Part shown: piece by piece, positions 9,009 to 18,180 of the stretch
Position numbering within the stretch: position 1 is the stretch's first letter
How the letters are laid out: every line of letters begins with the position of its first letter
Virus record (IMG/VR): IMGVR_UViG_3300034026_000014
Coordinates: 1 to 59,191 of that record
Direction: 5' to 3' (one strand)
From: a virus
Lineage: Duplodnaviria > Caudoviricetes
DNA: 59,191 bases
Position numbers and translations under genes: made by a program
Notes under the pieces: generated by a model
The model's input: the letters and a program-made list of their open reading frames with translations, nothing else
Databases searched by the model: none
Told to the model about the DNA's origin: nothing

Positions 9009-9267
9009 TGAGTACCGGGCCGCGCCGAACGACAAGGAGCCCGACGGCCGCTGCGACCAGCTCTGGCGGCGGTGGGGCCGCGAAGACCCCTGCAAGAGTG
9101 CGGCGGAGAAGATCGTCGTCCTCGACCCCGGCCCGGGCTTCGCGGTGATGTGCGGGGAGCACTTCCGGCGTTTCCACCAGACGCAGGGCGGCCGCGGCTA
9201 CACGCACGAGCCTTACACGGCCGCGCGCGCCCGCCACCTGAAGGCGACAACGCCTGTAGGGGGTTGA
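8998..9267 (+). CDS. Hypothetical phage protein
   Basis: RBS GAGG; CxxH motif. Confidence 0.5.
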   Translation: MHFDEYRAAPNDKEPDGRCDQLWRRWGREDPCKSAAEKIVVLDPGPGFAVMCGEHFRRFHQTQGGRGYTHEPYTAARARHLKATTPVGG

Positions 9268-9309
9268 GATGGCCGTACTCGACCGCCACGCGAAGAGGAG
9301 CAAAGACAG

Positions 9310-9525
9310 ATGAAAAACGAGACGGTAGTCGGCGCCCTCCGCGTCTCTGACGCGCGCCCCGGCGTAGTCGTCGGCGGTTCGACCAGGGGGGCGTGCGCCG
9401 ACTGCGGCGCCGCGGTCTGGGTCGCGCCGTCCTCGCGCAAAATCCTCCGCCTGAAGGGGGCCGTCTTGTCCCCTGTCAGCCGCGAGCAGGCGCGGGAGAT
9501 AGCGGGGCACCTCCGGAGGAACTGA
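9310..9525 (+). CDS. Hypothetical phage protein
   Basis: RBS GAGGAG; CADC motif. Confidence 0.5.
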   Translation: MKNETVVGALRVSDARPGVVVGGSTRGACADCGAAVWVAPSSRKILRLKGAVLSPVSREQAREIAGHLRRN

Positions 9526-9530
9526 CGGCG

Positions 9531-9830
9531 ATGGTCTACGTCGTGAGCCTCCTCGTCGAGGGCGACAACAAAGAGCGGCTGCGCGCGTTCTTCGGCGAAG
9601 GGCCGGCGCGGCTCTACGTCGAGAGGTTAGGCGAGCGGCTGGGGCGGCTGACAGACGCCGGGCGGACGAACCTGTACCTCGCGCACGCCACGCTCTACAT
9701 CGTCGTCCGCACCGGCAGGCTCTCACGGCTCGATTCTTTCGACGGTCACGACCGCGGCGACGGCCTCTGGCACGGGTGGGAATCTGGGCTCCCGGCCGAG
9801 TTGTTTAGGTCTCATTTTCGGGTCCCTTAA
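9531..9830 (+). CDS. Hypothetical phage protein
   Basis: RBS GGAGG before ATG 9531. Confidence 0.5.
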   Translation: MVYVVSLLVEGDNKERLRAFFGEGPARLYVERLGERLGRLTDAGRTNLYLAHATLYIVVRTGRLSRLDSFDGHDRGDGLWHGWESGLPAELFRSHFRVP

Positions 9831-9846
9831 TCGACTTGGACTATTA

Positions 9847-11127
9847 GTGAGAAAGGGTAAACACAATAGTATTCCGGGGGGCGGTCGGGGCGGCCCTAAA
9901 TCAGCCGCGGCGCTCAAATTAGCGCCCGCGGCCCCGCCCGCGGCCGCCCCCGGGCTCCTGCCGGAATTCGCCCCGCAAAAAGTAGCCCTTTTTCCGCCCT
10001 CGGCGCTCGGCAATTCCGCGCGCCTTTTCCTCTCAGGATTGTCCGCCTCGGCCCGGCGCTCGACGGCCGCGCGCCTCACAAAATTCACCTCGTTCTTCGG
10101 GCACACGGTGGACTCCTTCCCCTGGGCCGAGCTCAGCCCGGCCCACGTGCTCGCGGCCCGCGGGCTGCTGATAGAGACCGGGGCGGCGCCCCCGTCGGTC
10201 AACCTGCTTCTCTCACACCTGCGGGGCGTGGCGCGCACGCAGCGCCGCGTCCGGCCCGACCTGATGTCGGCCGAGACCTGCGCCGCCATCTGTGAGGTGG
10301 AGGGCGTGCGGGGGAAGTCGGCGCCGGCGGGCCGGGCCCTCCGCGAGGAGGAGATCGCGGAGCTCTCCCGCGTCTGCGCGCGCGACCGCAGCCCCGCGGG
10401 CGCGCGCGACCTGGCGCTGCTGTCTCTCCTCTATTACGTCGGCCTGCGGCGTGACGAGGTCTGCCGGCTGGAGCCCGACGACTGGCGCCAGCGAGACAAC
10501 CGCCTCCGCGTCATGGGTAAAGGCGCCAAGGAGGAGTTCGTCTACGTGGAGGCGAAGCAGGCGCGCCTGGCGCTCGGGCGATGGCTGAGGCGGCGGGGTC
10601 GGCGTCCGGGCTCGCTCTTCTGCTCGGTGTGGCGCGGCGGCCGCATCCGGGACGGCGCCGGCGCCGTCCGAAAGCTCTCGGGCGATGCCGTCTACAAACT
10701 CGTCGAGCGCCGCGCTCGTGAGGCGGGGCTGCGTCCGTGCACGCCGCACGACCTGCGCCGCTCGGCCGTCACGCACCTGCTGGAGCGCGGCGCCGACGCG
10801 CTGAAGGTGCAGGCGTTCGCCCGCCACGAGCAGCTCTCGACGACGACCCGCTACGACCGGCGGCGCGAGGAGGCCAAGCGCGAGGCCGCCCGCCGGCTCG
10901 CCGAACTCAAGCGCGTCCCGCCGGCGCCGCTCAAGCCCAGGCCGCGACGCGCGCGCCGAAAGGGTAAGAAGGGCCGCGGCGGGCGGCCGCGGCTCGCCCC
11001 GCTGGAGGCGCGGCCGCGCGCGGAGCTGCTGGCGCTCGCCCTCGCGCACGGGGCCGCGGCCCCGGAACGTGCGACGCGGGCGGAACTGGCCGCGGCGATC
11101 AGGGCGGCAGTCGGGGGCGGGGATTGA
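9847..11127 (+). CDS. Tyrosine recombinase (XerC/Cre-like integrase or resolvase)
   Basis: GLRRDEV (R), GKG (K), HDLRR (H-x-x-R), HEQLSTTTRY (H, Y): catalytic set complete; extra C-terminal helical extension; start uncertain. Confidence 0.9.
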   Translation: MRKGKHNSIPGGGRGGPKSAAALKLAPAAPPAAAPGLLPEFAPQKVALFPPSALGNSARLFLSGLSASARRSTAARLTKFTSFFGHTVDSFPWAELSPAHVLAARGLLIETGAAPPSVNLLLSHLRGVARTQRRVRPDLMSAETCAAICEVEGVRGKSAPAGRALREEEIAELSRVCARDRSPAGARDLALLSLLYYVGLRRDEVCRLEPDDWRQRDNRLRVMGKGAKEEFVYVEAKQARLALGRWLRRRGRRPGSLFCSVWRGGRIRDGAGAVRKLSGDAVYKLVERRAREAGLRPCTPHDLRRSAVTHLLERGADALKVQAFARHEQLSTTTRYDRRREEAKREAARRLAELKRVPPAPLKPRPRRARRKGKKGRGGRPRLAPLEARPRAELLALALAHGAAAPERATRAELAAAIRAAVGGGD

Positions 11128-11147
11128 TTAATCAATTTTTTTTCAAT
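11124..11147. repeat. 24-bp direct repeat, copy 1 (TTGATTAATCAATTTTTTTTCAAT)
   Basis: Identical to 28593-28616; overlaps the recombinase stop codon. Confidence 0.85.
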
Positions 11148-11161
11148 TCGGGGGGTGGCTG

Positions 11162-11461
11162 ATGCGGATGACCGATGACGAATACCGGCAGACCCAGCGC
11201 AAATTGATGCGCCTCGCAGTCGAGGTGCAGGGGCTCGACTTCCAGGGCTTCCTGGAAAGGATCGCCGAGGCCGAATCGGCGGGCCCCGTCCTCGACCCGA
11301 CGCTCTACCGCCGCGGCGCCGCGGCGCTGGCCGCCGTGAAGGAGGTGGCGTTGGCGGGGCGCGGGATGAAGAAGGCTTACGAGGCACACCCGCGTGAGCT
11401 GATGCCGGCCGTGCTGGACGCCTTCACGGCGGAGGAACTCGCCCGCGCGGGAATCGTGTGA
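11162..11461 (+). CDS. Hypothetical phage protein
   Basis: Helical 99-aa ORF with coding-like composition. Confidence 0.6.
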   Translation: MRMTDDEYRQTQRKLMRLAVEVQGLDFQGFLERIAEAESAGPVLDPTLYRRGAAALAAVKEVALAGRGMKKAYEAHPRELMPAVLDAFTAEELARAGIV

Positions 11462-11507
11462 CGGGCGGCGGCTTTGGCTAAACGGGACGCCGGGGAGGGC
11501 GTGACGC

Positions 11508-11717
11508 ATGGCGAGGAGAAACTTTGGCTGGCCCGACGGCGGTCGGACTGACGCGCGGCCGGCGCGGAAGAGGCTGAGGGATTACAACCAGGTCGAGGCG
11601 ACGCGCGCGGGGTCGGGCTGTCTGGAGACGTTCGCCGTCTGGATAGTCATCGGGGGCCTAGCCCTGGTCGCCCTGGCCGTCGCCGGCGCCGTCAGCGCCT
11701 TCAGGGCGCTCAGGTGA
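11508..11717 (+). CDS. Small membrane protein
   Basis: RBS GGAGG; one C-terminal TM helix. Confidence 0.55.
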   Translation: MARRNFGWPDGGRTDARPARKRLRDYNQVEATRAGSGCLETFAVWIVIGGLALVALAVAGAVSAFRALR

Positions 11718-11774
11718 TTCGGGCGGCGGGGGAAGGCGCTCTGCCGCGGATGCGCGAAAATCCAGTTGTTAGAA

Positions 11775-11987
11775 ATGGCGGGGATGCGGGATATACGCGC
11801 GCTGAAGGGGATGTGTGCCCGGTGCGGCAAGCGTCCACCTGTTGACGGTCTGCGCCACTGTCAGCCGTGCCTTGATTATCTCAGGGCGCAGGGCCAAGCG
11901 TGGAGGGAGCGGCAGCGTGCTGAAAGGAGCGAATCATGCAGGAGGGCAATACATTCAGGCTGCGCGGCGCTACCCACACCATCGTAA
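11775..11987 (+). CDS. Small Zn-finger protein (paralog of 12810-13193)
   Basis: CARC...HCQPCLDYLRAQ, shared with 12810-13193. Confidence 0.5.
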   Translation: MAGMRDIRALKGMCARCGKRPPVDGLRHCQPCLDYLRAQGQAWRERQRAERSESCRRAIHSGCAALPTPS

Positions 11988-12307
11988 AGGTCTGGGACGA
12001 CGGGACGGTGTCGGCGCGCGTCGGGCGCGGCAGGGGGAAAGTAGTCACCTTGACGGCGGAAGAGTTGGCCGCCGTCAAGTCGGGCTCGATGGCCGACGCG
12101 CTGGCTTCCGCCGACCGGCTCATTAGCGAGCACGGCCTGTGCCTCTCCCTTGTCGGCCCGGAGGGCGGTTACTGGTACGCCGACCTCCACGTACCGGGAG
12201 GCGACGCCAACTTAGGCGAGGGGTATATACGAGCCCGCGACCGTACCGAGGCTCTGCGCTTGGCCGTCGAGCGGGCTGAGCGGGTGTTAGGCGCCTGCGA
12301 GCCTTGA
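11936..12307 (+). CDS. Hypothetical phage protein
   Basis: RBS AAGGAG. Confidence 0.55.
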   Translation: MQEGNTFRLRGATHTIVKVWDDGTVSARVGRGRGKVVTLTAEELAAVKSGSMADALASADRLISEHGLCLSLVGPEGGYWYADLHVPGGDANLGEGYIRARDRTEALRLAVERAERVLGACEP

Positions 12308-12321
12308 CACCTATCGGCGGT

Positions 12322-12417
12322 GGGCGCTCCTCACCGCCTTAAAAGGCGGCGTCTCCGCGCCGCTATAACGTGAGGTAGTTTGGTGAACACTCCCCGCGTT
12401 GAAACGCGGGAGGCTTC
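12322..12417. mobile_element. Adjacent IS200/IS605-like right-end (12322-12362) and left-end (12383-12417) hairpins
   Basis: CTCCTCACCGCCTTAAAAGGCGGCGTCTCCGCGCCG and GTGAACACTCCCCGCGTTGAAACGCGGGAGGCTTC resemble IS605/IscB-type subterminal hairpins; no transposase in the window. Confidence 0.55.
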
Positions 12418-12441
12418 TCAAGTCTGTTACGGAGGTGAGAG

Positions 12442-12633
12442 ATGGGTGCGGAAATTTCGGTCGAAATCAAAGCCCGGTGCCCCCGGTGTGGCGTCCCGTG
12501 GGTATTTTCCGACGAAGACTTGCTCGCCCTGAGTGGTGACTTGCTTGTCTCCGTAGAGGCGCAGGCTTTCCTCTGCTCCGACTGCTCGACGGAGTTCGTG
12601 CGGCAGATGGGGAGTCCTAATTGTGAACATTAA
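12442..12633 (+). CDS. Small Zn-ribbon protein
   Basis: CPRC...CSDC; RBS GGAGG. Confidence 0.55.
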   Translation: MGAEISVEIKARCPRCGVPWVFSDEDLLALSGDLLVSVEAQAFLCSDCSTEFVRQMGSPNCEH

Positions 12634-12817
12634 AGAGGTAGCGCGGCTCGCGGCCGAGTTCGTCAGGGCGTACGAGAACGCTCTCGCCGCCGAGCACTCA
12701 GCGAACGTCTTCCCGAAGGACGTGCTTATTGAGGAGATGCGCCGCCGTGAGGCCGTGGCCCGACAAAAGTACGCGGAGCTAAGGGCGGCAGTTATCGAGA
12801 GGGTAGAACGTGCCTAG
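12623..12817 (+). CDS. Hypothetical helical protein
   Basis: RBS GGAG; coupled operon. Confidence 0.5.
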   Translation: MNIKEVARLAAEFVRAYENALAAEHSANVFPKDVLIEEMRRREAVARQKYAELRAAVIERVERA

Positions 12818-13193
12818 CAAAAACGGGTACCGCAGGCGTAGGGCTAAAGGTCTGTGCGTCGGCGGAAATTGCAAGCAACCGGCGCGGCCGGGGCGCGTCC
12901 TCTGCGACTCGTGCGCGGAAGACGAATCGCTCGCGCACAAGCGCGCGAGGTTAGAGCGCGCGGAGAGTAATAGTTGCGCGCGATGCGGCGGGCGTCCCAT
13001 CTGCCGCGAGCGGCGTTTCTCGACTAGCCGCCGCTTTCCGGCTCGCCACTGTCGGGCCTGTCTGGATTATCTCAGGGCGCAGAGTCAGGCGTGGAGAGAA
13101 CGGCAGCGGAACTTGGGGGCTACCGGCGCGGGGCGCTTCCTCCCCGGCCTAAAGGCCGAGGTCTCCGCGCCGGTAAAGGGAGGTTTGGGATGA
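12810..13193 (+). CDS. Zn-finger repeat protein; 3' end runs through an IS605-like hairpin
   Basis: Repeated CxxC units; ends in FLPGLKAEVSA, which is the translation of the hairpin. Confidence 0.55.
   Translation: MPSKNGYRRRRAKGLCVGGNCKQPARPGRVLCDSCAEDESLAHKRARLERAESNSCARCGGRPICRERRFSTSRRFPARHCRACLDYLRAQSQAWRERQRNLGATGAGRFLPGLKAEVSAPVKGGLG
13131..13172. mobile_element. IS200/IS605-like right-end hairpin, copy 2
   Basis: GGGCGCTTCCTCCCCGGCCTAAAGGCCGAGGTCTCCGCGCCG, homologous to 12322-12362. Confidence 0.6.
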
Positions 13194-13348
13194 AATTAAA
13201 TGAGGCCATCGGCGAGTTTCTAACCGGCTACTGCACTACGTACGGGCGCCGGCGGAAGACTGAAACGGCTTACCGCTCAGACCTGGCCCAGTTCCTGGCG
13301 TTCGCCGTCCTCGGGATTCCGCCGTCCCCGTATGCCGACAGGGCATAA
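13190..13348 (+). pseudogene. N-terminal fragment of a tyrosine recombinase (SAM-like domain)
   Basis: AIGEFL...KTETAYRSDLAQFLAF resembles XerC/D N-termini; breaks off where the low-GC segment starts. Confidence 0.55.
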
Positions 13349-13373
13349 GGAAATCTTGTTAATTCGCAGGTAT

Positions 13374-13628
13374 TCACAACGTCCGATAATATATATTACG
13401 TCTGTTGGGAGCTTTGTTGCAAAAGTCAGCGACTAGCTCAAATGTGACTCTCGCTTGGTGTATCTGACAGAGGTATATCTTTATCTTGGCGTGTCTTTTG
13501 TGGACGAACTTCTCAGTCAGAGGAGAGCCACACTTCCACTGCGAATGGTATCCATTCTGCTGTCTTAATTCTTCTAGTTCGGCTTCTTCGTCTACCGTTA
13601 ACCAGATTTCGGGGTCGGGGATACTCAA
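13374..13628 (-). CDS. Hypothetical protein (low-GC moron; start uncertain)
   Basis: 84-aa ORF in an AT-richer segment. Confidence 0.35.
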   Translation of the reverse strand: MSIPDPEIWLTVDEEAELEELRQQNGYHSQWKCGSPLTEKFVHKRHAKIKIYLCQIHQARVTFELVADFCNKAPNRRNIYYRTL

Positions 13629-13702
13629 TTTTGTGAGGGGATTTGGTTTGTACTTTTAGTATGACAGATTCCAGGGATTGCTCAACTCCTTATATCCACA
13701 GG

Positions 13703-14179
13703 TTAATACCACATACTGACGTGGTAAGTAACCGGAGAGTACACTTCGCCCGCACTTGTGCTAGCAACTACCTGTAAAGCTGCGTCACTGACATCAGAAG
13801 AATGCCAAGAGACAATGATGGTGCCGTCACCACTAAGCGCGCTCACGGTATCAATTGAAGATGAAATAAGTCTTACATAGCCAGTCACAGAATCCTTTAC
13901 GACTGTTCCAGAAAATAACATTGTCGGCTGCACTTGCCCATTAATCGTAAATCCGGTGACAGTTCCGTTGATATGTACTGGCCTATCAACCACAGGTAGG
14001 TTCGGTGTCCACAACCCTTCTGAGGGGACACTAATACTAAAGTCCTTATGGTGACTACCTAAATTCCCGCTGCCAATTGGGTTTTGAGCTAACGCCCCAC
14101 CTCTGCCAGTTGCAATCAATATCCCGATAACTAAACCGACCAGTGCCGCGATAGTGATGCTGGAAGCTGTCTTCTTCAT
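13703..14179 (-). CDS. Exported beta-rich protein (moron)
   Basis: RBS AGGAGG; signal peptide ending in ALA-Q. Confidence 0.7.
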   Translation of the reverse strand: MKKTASSITIAALVGLVIGILIATGRGGALAQNPIGSGNLGSHHKDFSISVPSEGLWTPNLPVVDRPVHINGTVTGFTINGQVQPTMLFSGTVVKDSVTGYVRLISSSIDTVSALSGDGTIIVSWHSSDVSDAALQVVASTSAGEVYSPVTYHVSMWY

Positions 14180-14283
14180 TGGGTCCTCCTAAGGAAAGAT
14201 CACATCTGCCAATTTGTACCCCGTGTAAGTGACGCTGGTAGTGAACCTCTCGCACATACGCGCGCAATCTACACGCCTACAAG

Positions 14284-15873
14284 TTATGCAAGAAGTGAGT
14301 TTGCTGTGTCCGCGAGCAGTTGCGCACGCTCCTTGATGAAATCCCCGTACTTCACCAAAAGGCCCCCCTTTGGGATTAAGGCTGAGCGAAGTATGTCATC
14401 AACGCTTGCGGGAGGCATCATCTTCACGTAATCGGAGGGCGCCTTGTCTTGGATACTTCGATTGTCTTTCTGAGAAAGGAAGGCGAAATTCGCAAGCATA
14501 AATTGCTCGGCTTTGTCCGTAACCCCTTCCTTCGTTGCTAAATAGTTTTTCGGGAAGACGTGATGAAACTCGGTTCGATTACACGTCATGAGAACCTCAT
14601 CAAGGTCGACGTCGGCCGCTGAAAGGAATGATTTTGGTTTCGCCTGAGCCAAGAGCAGGATAAACACCTTAGTATTCACAGAGGTCAGCGCGAATACGTT
14701 GTCGGTAAAGTATTCTGGCGTCACTGTGAAATGACGCTTCTCAAGCTCTGTTGTGTTGCCGGCAAGTAGTTGCAGGATCGCTGCCATATCCTGTGCGATA
14801 GCGTTATCAACGCTGTTCGAGTATCGCCGCGAGAAGCTGCTATGCCAGAACCAATGCCGAAGGGCCGCGCGCTGCTTTGCGTCTGGGTGGAACCCCGCCG
14901 CCTTATCCGTTGCAAAGCATCGAGATAGCGGGATAATCATTGACTTATACGGAAGGATTTTAAGCGACGCCACGCCACAGTCCCGACGTAAGAACTCGAT
15001 AGCACCCAAGAGCCCGCGCCGAAAGACGGGGAAAGAATCGCGCACTTCCGAGCCCTTCAGGTCAACAATTGCGCGGGCTGAGGCATCGTTTCTTACAACA
15101 GCCGCACAGCACTTGAGTAGCAAGTCGGGGTCATCACGCAGGTCGTTGAAGCCTACCTCATCTAGCTCAGTGGCGAGCTCATCAAATTTCGTTCTGAGGT
15201 CGAAGTCGCCGCTCCACGTCCAAGCAGAGAGGAGTTGATAGGTATCTAACGGCACACCGCCCCGATTGATGCGCTCAAAAATGATCGCGATTTTCGAGTG
15301 CTCCTCCGTCTCGACGGTTTCGACAGGAATTACCGCCTCCTTGAACAGCGCTTGCAACTGATCAATTGCCCTCAATTGATCTTCGTCCTTAACTGTCCGC
15401 GTAAATTTGCCGAACTCGGTGACGTCGAAAAGTATTCTGAGCGGGACATGGTTTGGTTTTACGTCGGCGGGTTCGAGGGCAACGAACTGTGAGTCCTGCG
15501 CGCTGGCAGACGCCGAAAGGTCAAAGTAGATGTTAACCCATTTGACATGAGTCGCCGGATTCTGTTTTAGGTCTATCTGAAATGTAGAGAAGATCGAGGT
15601 TAGACGCTGCTGGCCGTCCAAGACGTAATCAATCGGGTACTCTTTCTTGGGCTCCGGCAGCGTAAAAGGACCAAGATCACGATCATAAGATAACTTTTCT
15701 TTGGTTCGCCAGAAAAGAACAGTCCCTATCGGATAGCCTTTGAAGATACTATCCATGAGGAATTGAACGCGGTCTGGTTCCCAAACGAACTCGCGTTGGA
15801 AAGCGGGGATACGGATTTCACCATCCGTAATTCTTTGTAGCAACTGCCGAATCGTGATAGTTGCGATTGCCAT
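14284..15873 (-). CDS. DUF262 + HNH-like (DUF1524) protein, GmrSD/SspE-related defence nuclease
   Basis: IPAFQREFVW, LDGQQRLT and FERINRGG DUF262 motifs; C-terminal EFHHVFPK...ANFAFL...N. Confidence 0.85.
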   Translation of the reverse strand: MAIATITIRQLLQRITDGEIRIPAFQREFVWEPDRVQFLMDSIFKGYPIGTVLFWRTKEKLSYDRDLGPFTLPEPKKEYPIDYVLDGQQRLTSIFSTFQIDLKQNPATHVKWVNIYFDLSASASAQDSQFVALEPADVKPNHVPLRILFDVTEFGKFTRTVKDEDQLRAIDQLQALFKEAVIPVETVETEEHSKIAIIFERINRGGVPLDTYQLLSAWTWSGDFDLRTKFDELATELDEVGFNDLRDDPDLLLKCCAAVVRNDASARAIVDLKGSEVRDSFPVFRRGLLGAIEFLRRDCGVASLKILPYKSMIIPLSRCFATDKAAGFHPDAKQRAALRHWFWHSSFSRRYSNSVDNAIAQDMAAILQLLAGNTTELEKRHFTVTPEYFTDNVFALTSVNTKVFILLLAQAKPKSFLSAADVDLDEVLMTCNRTEFHHVFPKNYLATKEGVTDKAEQFMLANFAFLSQKDNRSIQDKAPSDYVKMMPPASVDDILRSALIPKGGLLVKYGDFIKERAQLLADTANSLLA

Positions 15874-16295
15874 ATGCTCTTCAACCCTTTCGCGAGAAAT
15901 TAGAACCCTGTGCGCACGTTCGCACTCTGCTTTTCTTTAACTGTAGAAGTAAGGAACAGTAATAGCGGAGACTGCTTGAATCGAAGCAGCTTATATCACG
16001 TCACTCGGCACAGCCGATAGGAAAAAAACCAAGATCACATAAAAGACATTATCCGGCCTGATAATGAAAACGGGGCCCGATTCGAGACCCCTCATACAAG
16101 ATGTTGTGGCGGCCCTTTTCCCGCCGATGTCACCGGGGGTAACAAGCCGTCACCGAACGTAGCAGCTATTTCAAGATCGTCGAAAATTGCGTCCCAACAC
16201 AATTAGTGGTGGTGCCAATACGGATCACGCTAAGACAAGGAGGGACTACAGAAAGCATGTGACCTGGTGCTGAAGCCGCCGACGACGGTGACGAG

Positions 16296-16496
16296 ATGAA
16301 CGAGCGACAGCAGGCCAACATCGCCTATTACCTTGAGCGCCTCGAATACTGGAAAGGGCGTAGGCCTGTCCAGTCGACCGCGAGGCTGCTCGCCGCTAGG
16401 GACGCCGACGAGGCGCATCCGCTACGGACGGAGAAGGAGGCAACGGAAGTCGTAGAGTACCTGCCGCGGCTGGAGCGAGAGCGGACGGCCACATAG
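16296..16496 (+). CDS. Hypothetical protein, paralog of 22548-22799
   Basis: MNERQQA..Y.LER..YW.G...ARDAD.AHPLR present in both. Confidence 0.6.
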   Translation: MNERQQANIAYYLERLEYWKGRRPVQSTARLLAARDADEAHPLRTEKEATEVVEYLPRLERERTAT

Positions 16497-16803
16497 TCTC
16501 TTACGTCTTAGCTCATTGCATCCCGGCTGGGGGGGCATCGCCCCCCCCGGCGTCGCCTTCGCCCTTCAGCGGCGGCGCTGGGGCGGACACATCCAGCGCC
16601 CGCCCCCGTGTAGCCGGGTTTATATCACGGGTTGGCGGCATCCTCAACAGTGAACTTCTCTCCCCCGGGCCTCCGCTGTTGGACTTAGCCGCCCTTGCCT
16701 CAAATGCGGCGCGGAAACACGTCACCCTGCGCCCAGTTCATGCCAGTGAACGATGGCACTTAGAATGGGTGCAGCGTCGCATATTTCAGGATGTGCCGCT
16801 TTG

Positions 16804-17637
16804 TCAACGTCGAGACGGTCGAGGTAATCGGGAGAAACTGTGAGTTGCAGGGCGACACGGGGGAGATGTCAGCAGAACGTCCGCGAAATTCGTCGCGACC
16901 CGCAACGCCTGGTTCCGGCCCAGAATGAGAACGTTCTGGGTGCTCAAGGTGTTCTTGCCCACCGCGCCCATCTCCGCTAAGTACTCCCGGGCACGTAATA
17001 GGTCATTCATCCTGACCCAGTCCCAGGCCACGACGACGCCCACCCTGCCCAAGGTGGCGGCGTTAGTCATACTCCCAATCAAGTACTTGAGTTTCGCGTT
17101 GGCCCTCTCGATCTCCACCGCCATAAAGCAGCGAGCGTTCAGGTTATGCGAGCACAGGCTTTCCAAGTCGGGCGACGAGAAACTGCTTCCGAAACTGCGC
17201 AGGTTTCTCTGGAAGGCCCGCAGCATCGCCTCGAGCATTTCCGCATGCCTGTCGGCCATCCGGTCGTACGCGGTCACGTAGCCCCGGAGGGTGGCGAAGG
17301 GGCCTATCGCGAGATCGACCTCCGGCGCGTACATGATCCGGCGCCGAGTCCCGGGAGCCCATATCTCATCCCTGCGCATCGCCCCCCACTCTACGACGAC
17401 CTGGCGACGTCCCACGAAAATACGGCGGAGGGCAGTCGCGAGCTGTGCGGTGTAGGCCGGCACAGGCGACGAGCAAGCACCAGCAAACTGGTTCATGAGG
17501 GCGCGCGCGCCCTTCTCCTGCATTAGCATATAGGGGTGTGAGGTGAACTGCCCCCGGCGGAGCGGGGCTTGGCAGCGCATGAACTCCTCCGCCGTCGGCG
17601 CCGTGAGCTCAGGCTTTCTTTCCTTCCTCTTTCCCAC
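16804..17637 (-). CDS. Putative PD-(D/E)XK-like nuclease
   Basis: PEVDLAIGP...MAVEIE catalytic-like pattern; last gene of the methyltransferase operon. Confidence 0.55.
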   Translation of the reverse strand: MGKRKERKPELTAPTAEEFMRCQAPLRRGQFTSHPYMLMQEKGARALMNQFAGACSSPVPAYTAQLATALRRIFVGRRQVVVEWGAMRRDEIWAPGTRRRIMYAPEVDLAIGPFATLRGYVTAYDRMADRHAEMLEAMLRAFQRNLRSFGSSFSSPDLESLCSHNLNARCFMAVEIERANAKLKYLIGSMTNAATLGRVGVVVAWDWVRMNDLLRAREYLAEMGAVGKNTLSTQNVLILGRNQALRVATNFADVLLTSPPCRPATHSFSRLPRPSRR

Positions 17638-17676
17638 TTTTAGATCCTTCTAATAGACTTTAAGTGATAGAACCTA

Positions 17677-18180
17677 TTATCGAATCTCCTTCCAAATCTC
17701 AAGCGCGAATTTCCTGACTTCACGATAAGCTGCAAGGGCGTCCGACGTTGTTACCCTATTTTGGGGTAGGAGGTTCAATGTTTCGTTGTAGTACAAGGCA
17801 TCATTCCTGGCGACAACAGTTATGAAACGGCTTAACGTAGAGTGAATCGAGAAGTAGGGTTTAGTTCTGTCCGCCAGATCATTGAATAGTAAGATTTTGG
17901 CCTTATGAGAGGAGAGTTCAGTAATTTGTCTGGTTGGTGACGGGTAGTAATGAACTTTTTTACCGCTCGCGTTTATATAATGAGCCCTTCCCTCGGGCGG
18001 TACAGGATAGCCGCGGGCGGCGATGAGAGCACTCACGGCGCATTCATAAGCGTGATAGCAGTGGAAGAAGGCACCGTCGGGGTAAGAAGTCAGTAGAAGC
18101 GAAGCCATGCGCAGGTGACGCAAGGCTAGGCCGTACCACTTTCGCTCTGGGTGAAGGGGGCCTGCGGGAGGTGTCGTCAT
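17677..18180 (-). CDS. HEPN-domain protein
   Basis: ALRHLRMA...AFFHCYHAYECAVSALI...SHKA...RNDALY matches the MNT-associated HEPN pattern; ATGA overlap with the MTase. Confidence 0.75.
   Translation of the reverse strand: MTTPPAGPLHPERKWYGLALRHLRMASLLLTSYPDGAFFHCYHAYECAVSALIAARGYPVPPEGRAHYINASGKKVHYYPSPTRQITELSSHKAKILLFNDLADRTKPYFSIHSTLSRFITVVARNDALYYNETLNLLPQNRVTTSDALAAYREVRKFALEIWKEIR

Noticed and set aside
9961-9973. CCGGAATTCGCCC match to the iteron flank inside the recombinase gene
   Set aside because: Short, single, lacks the A-tract; may be chance
11853-13108. ~65-bp imperfect direct repeat as a DGR template/variable pair
   Set aside because: Mismatches are not adenine-specific and no reverse transcriptase is present; explained by paralogous Zn-finger genes
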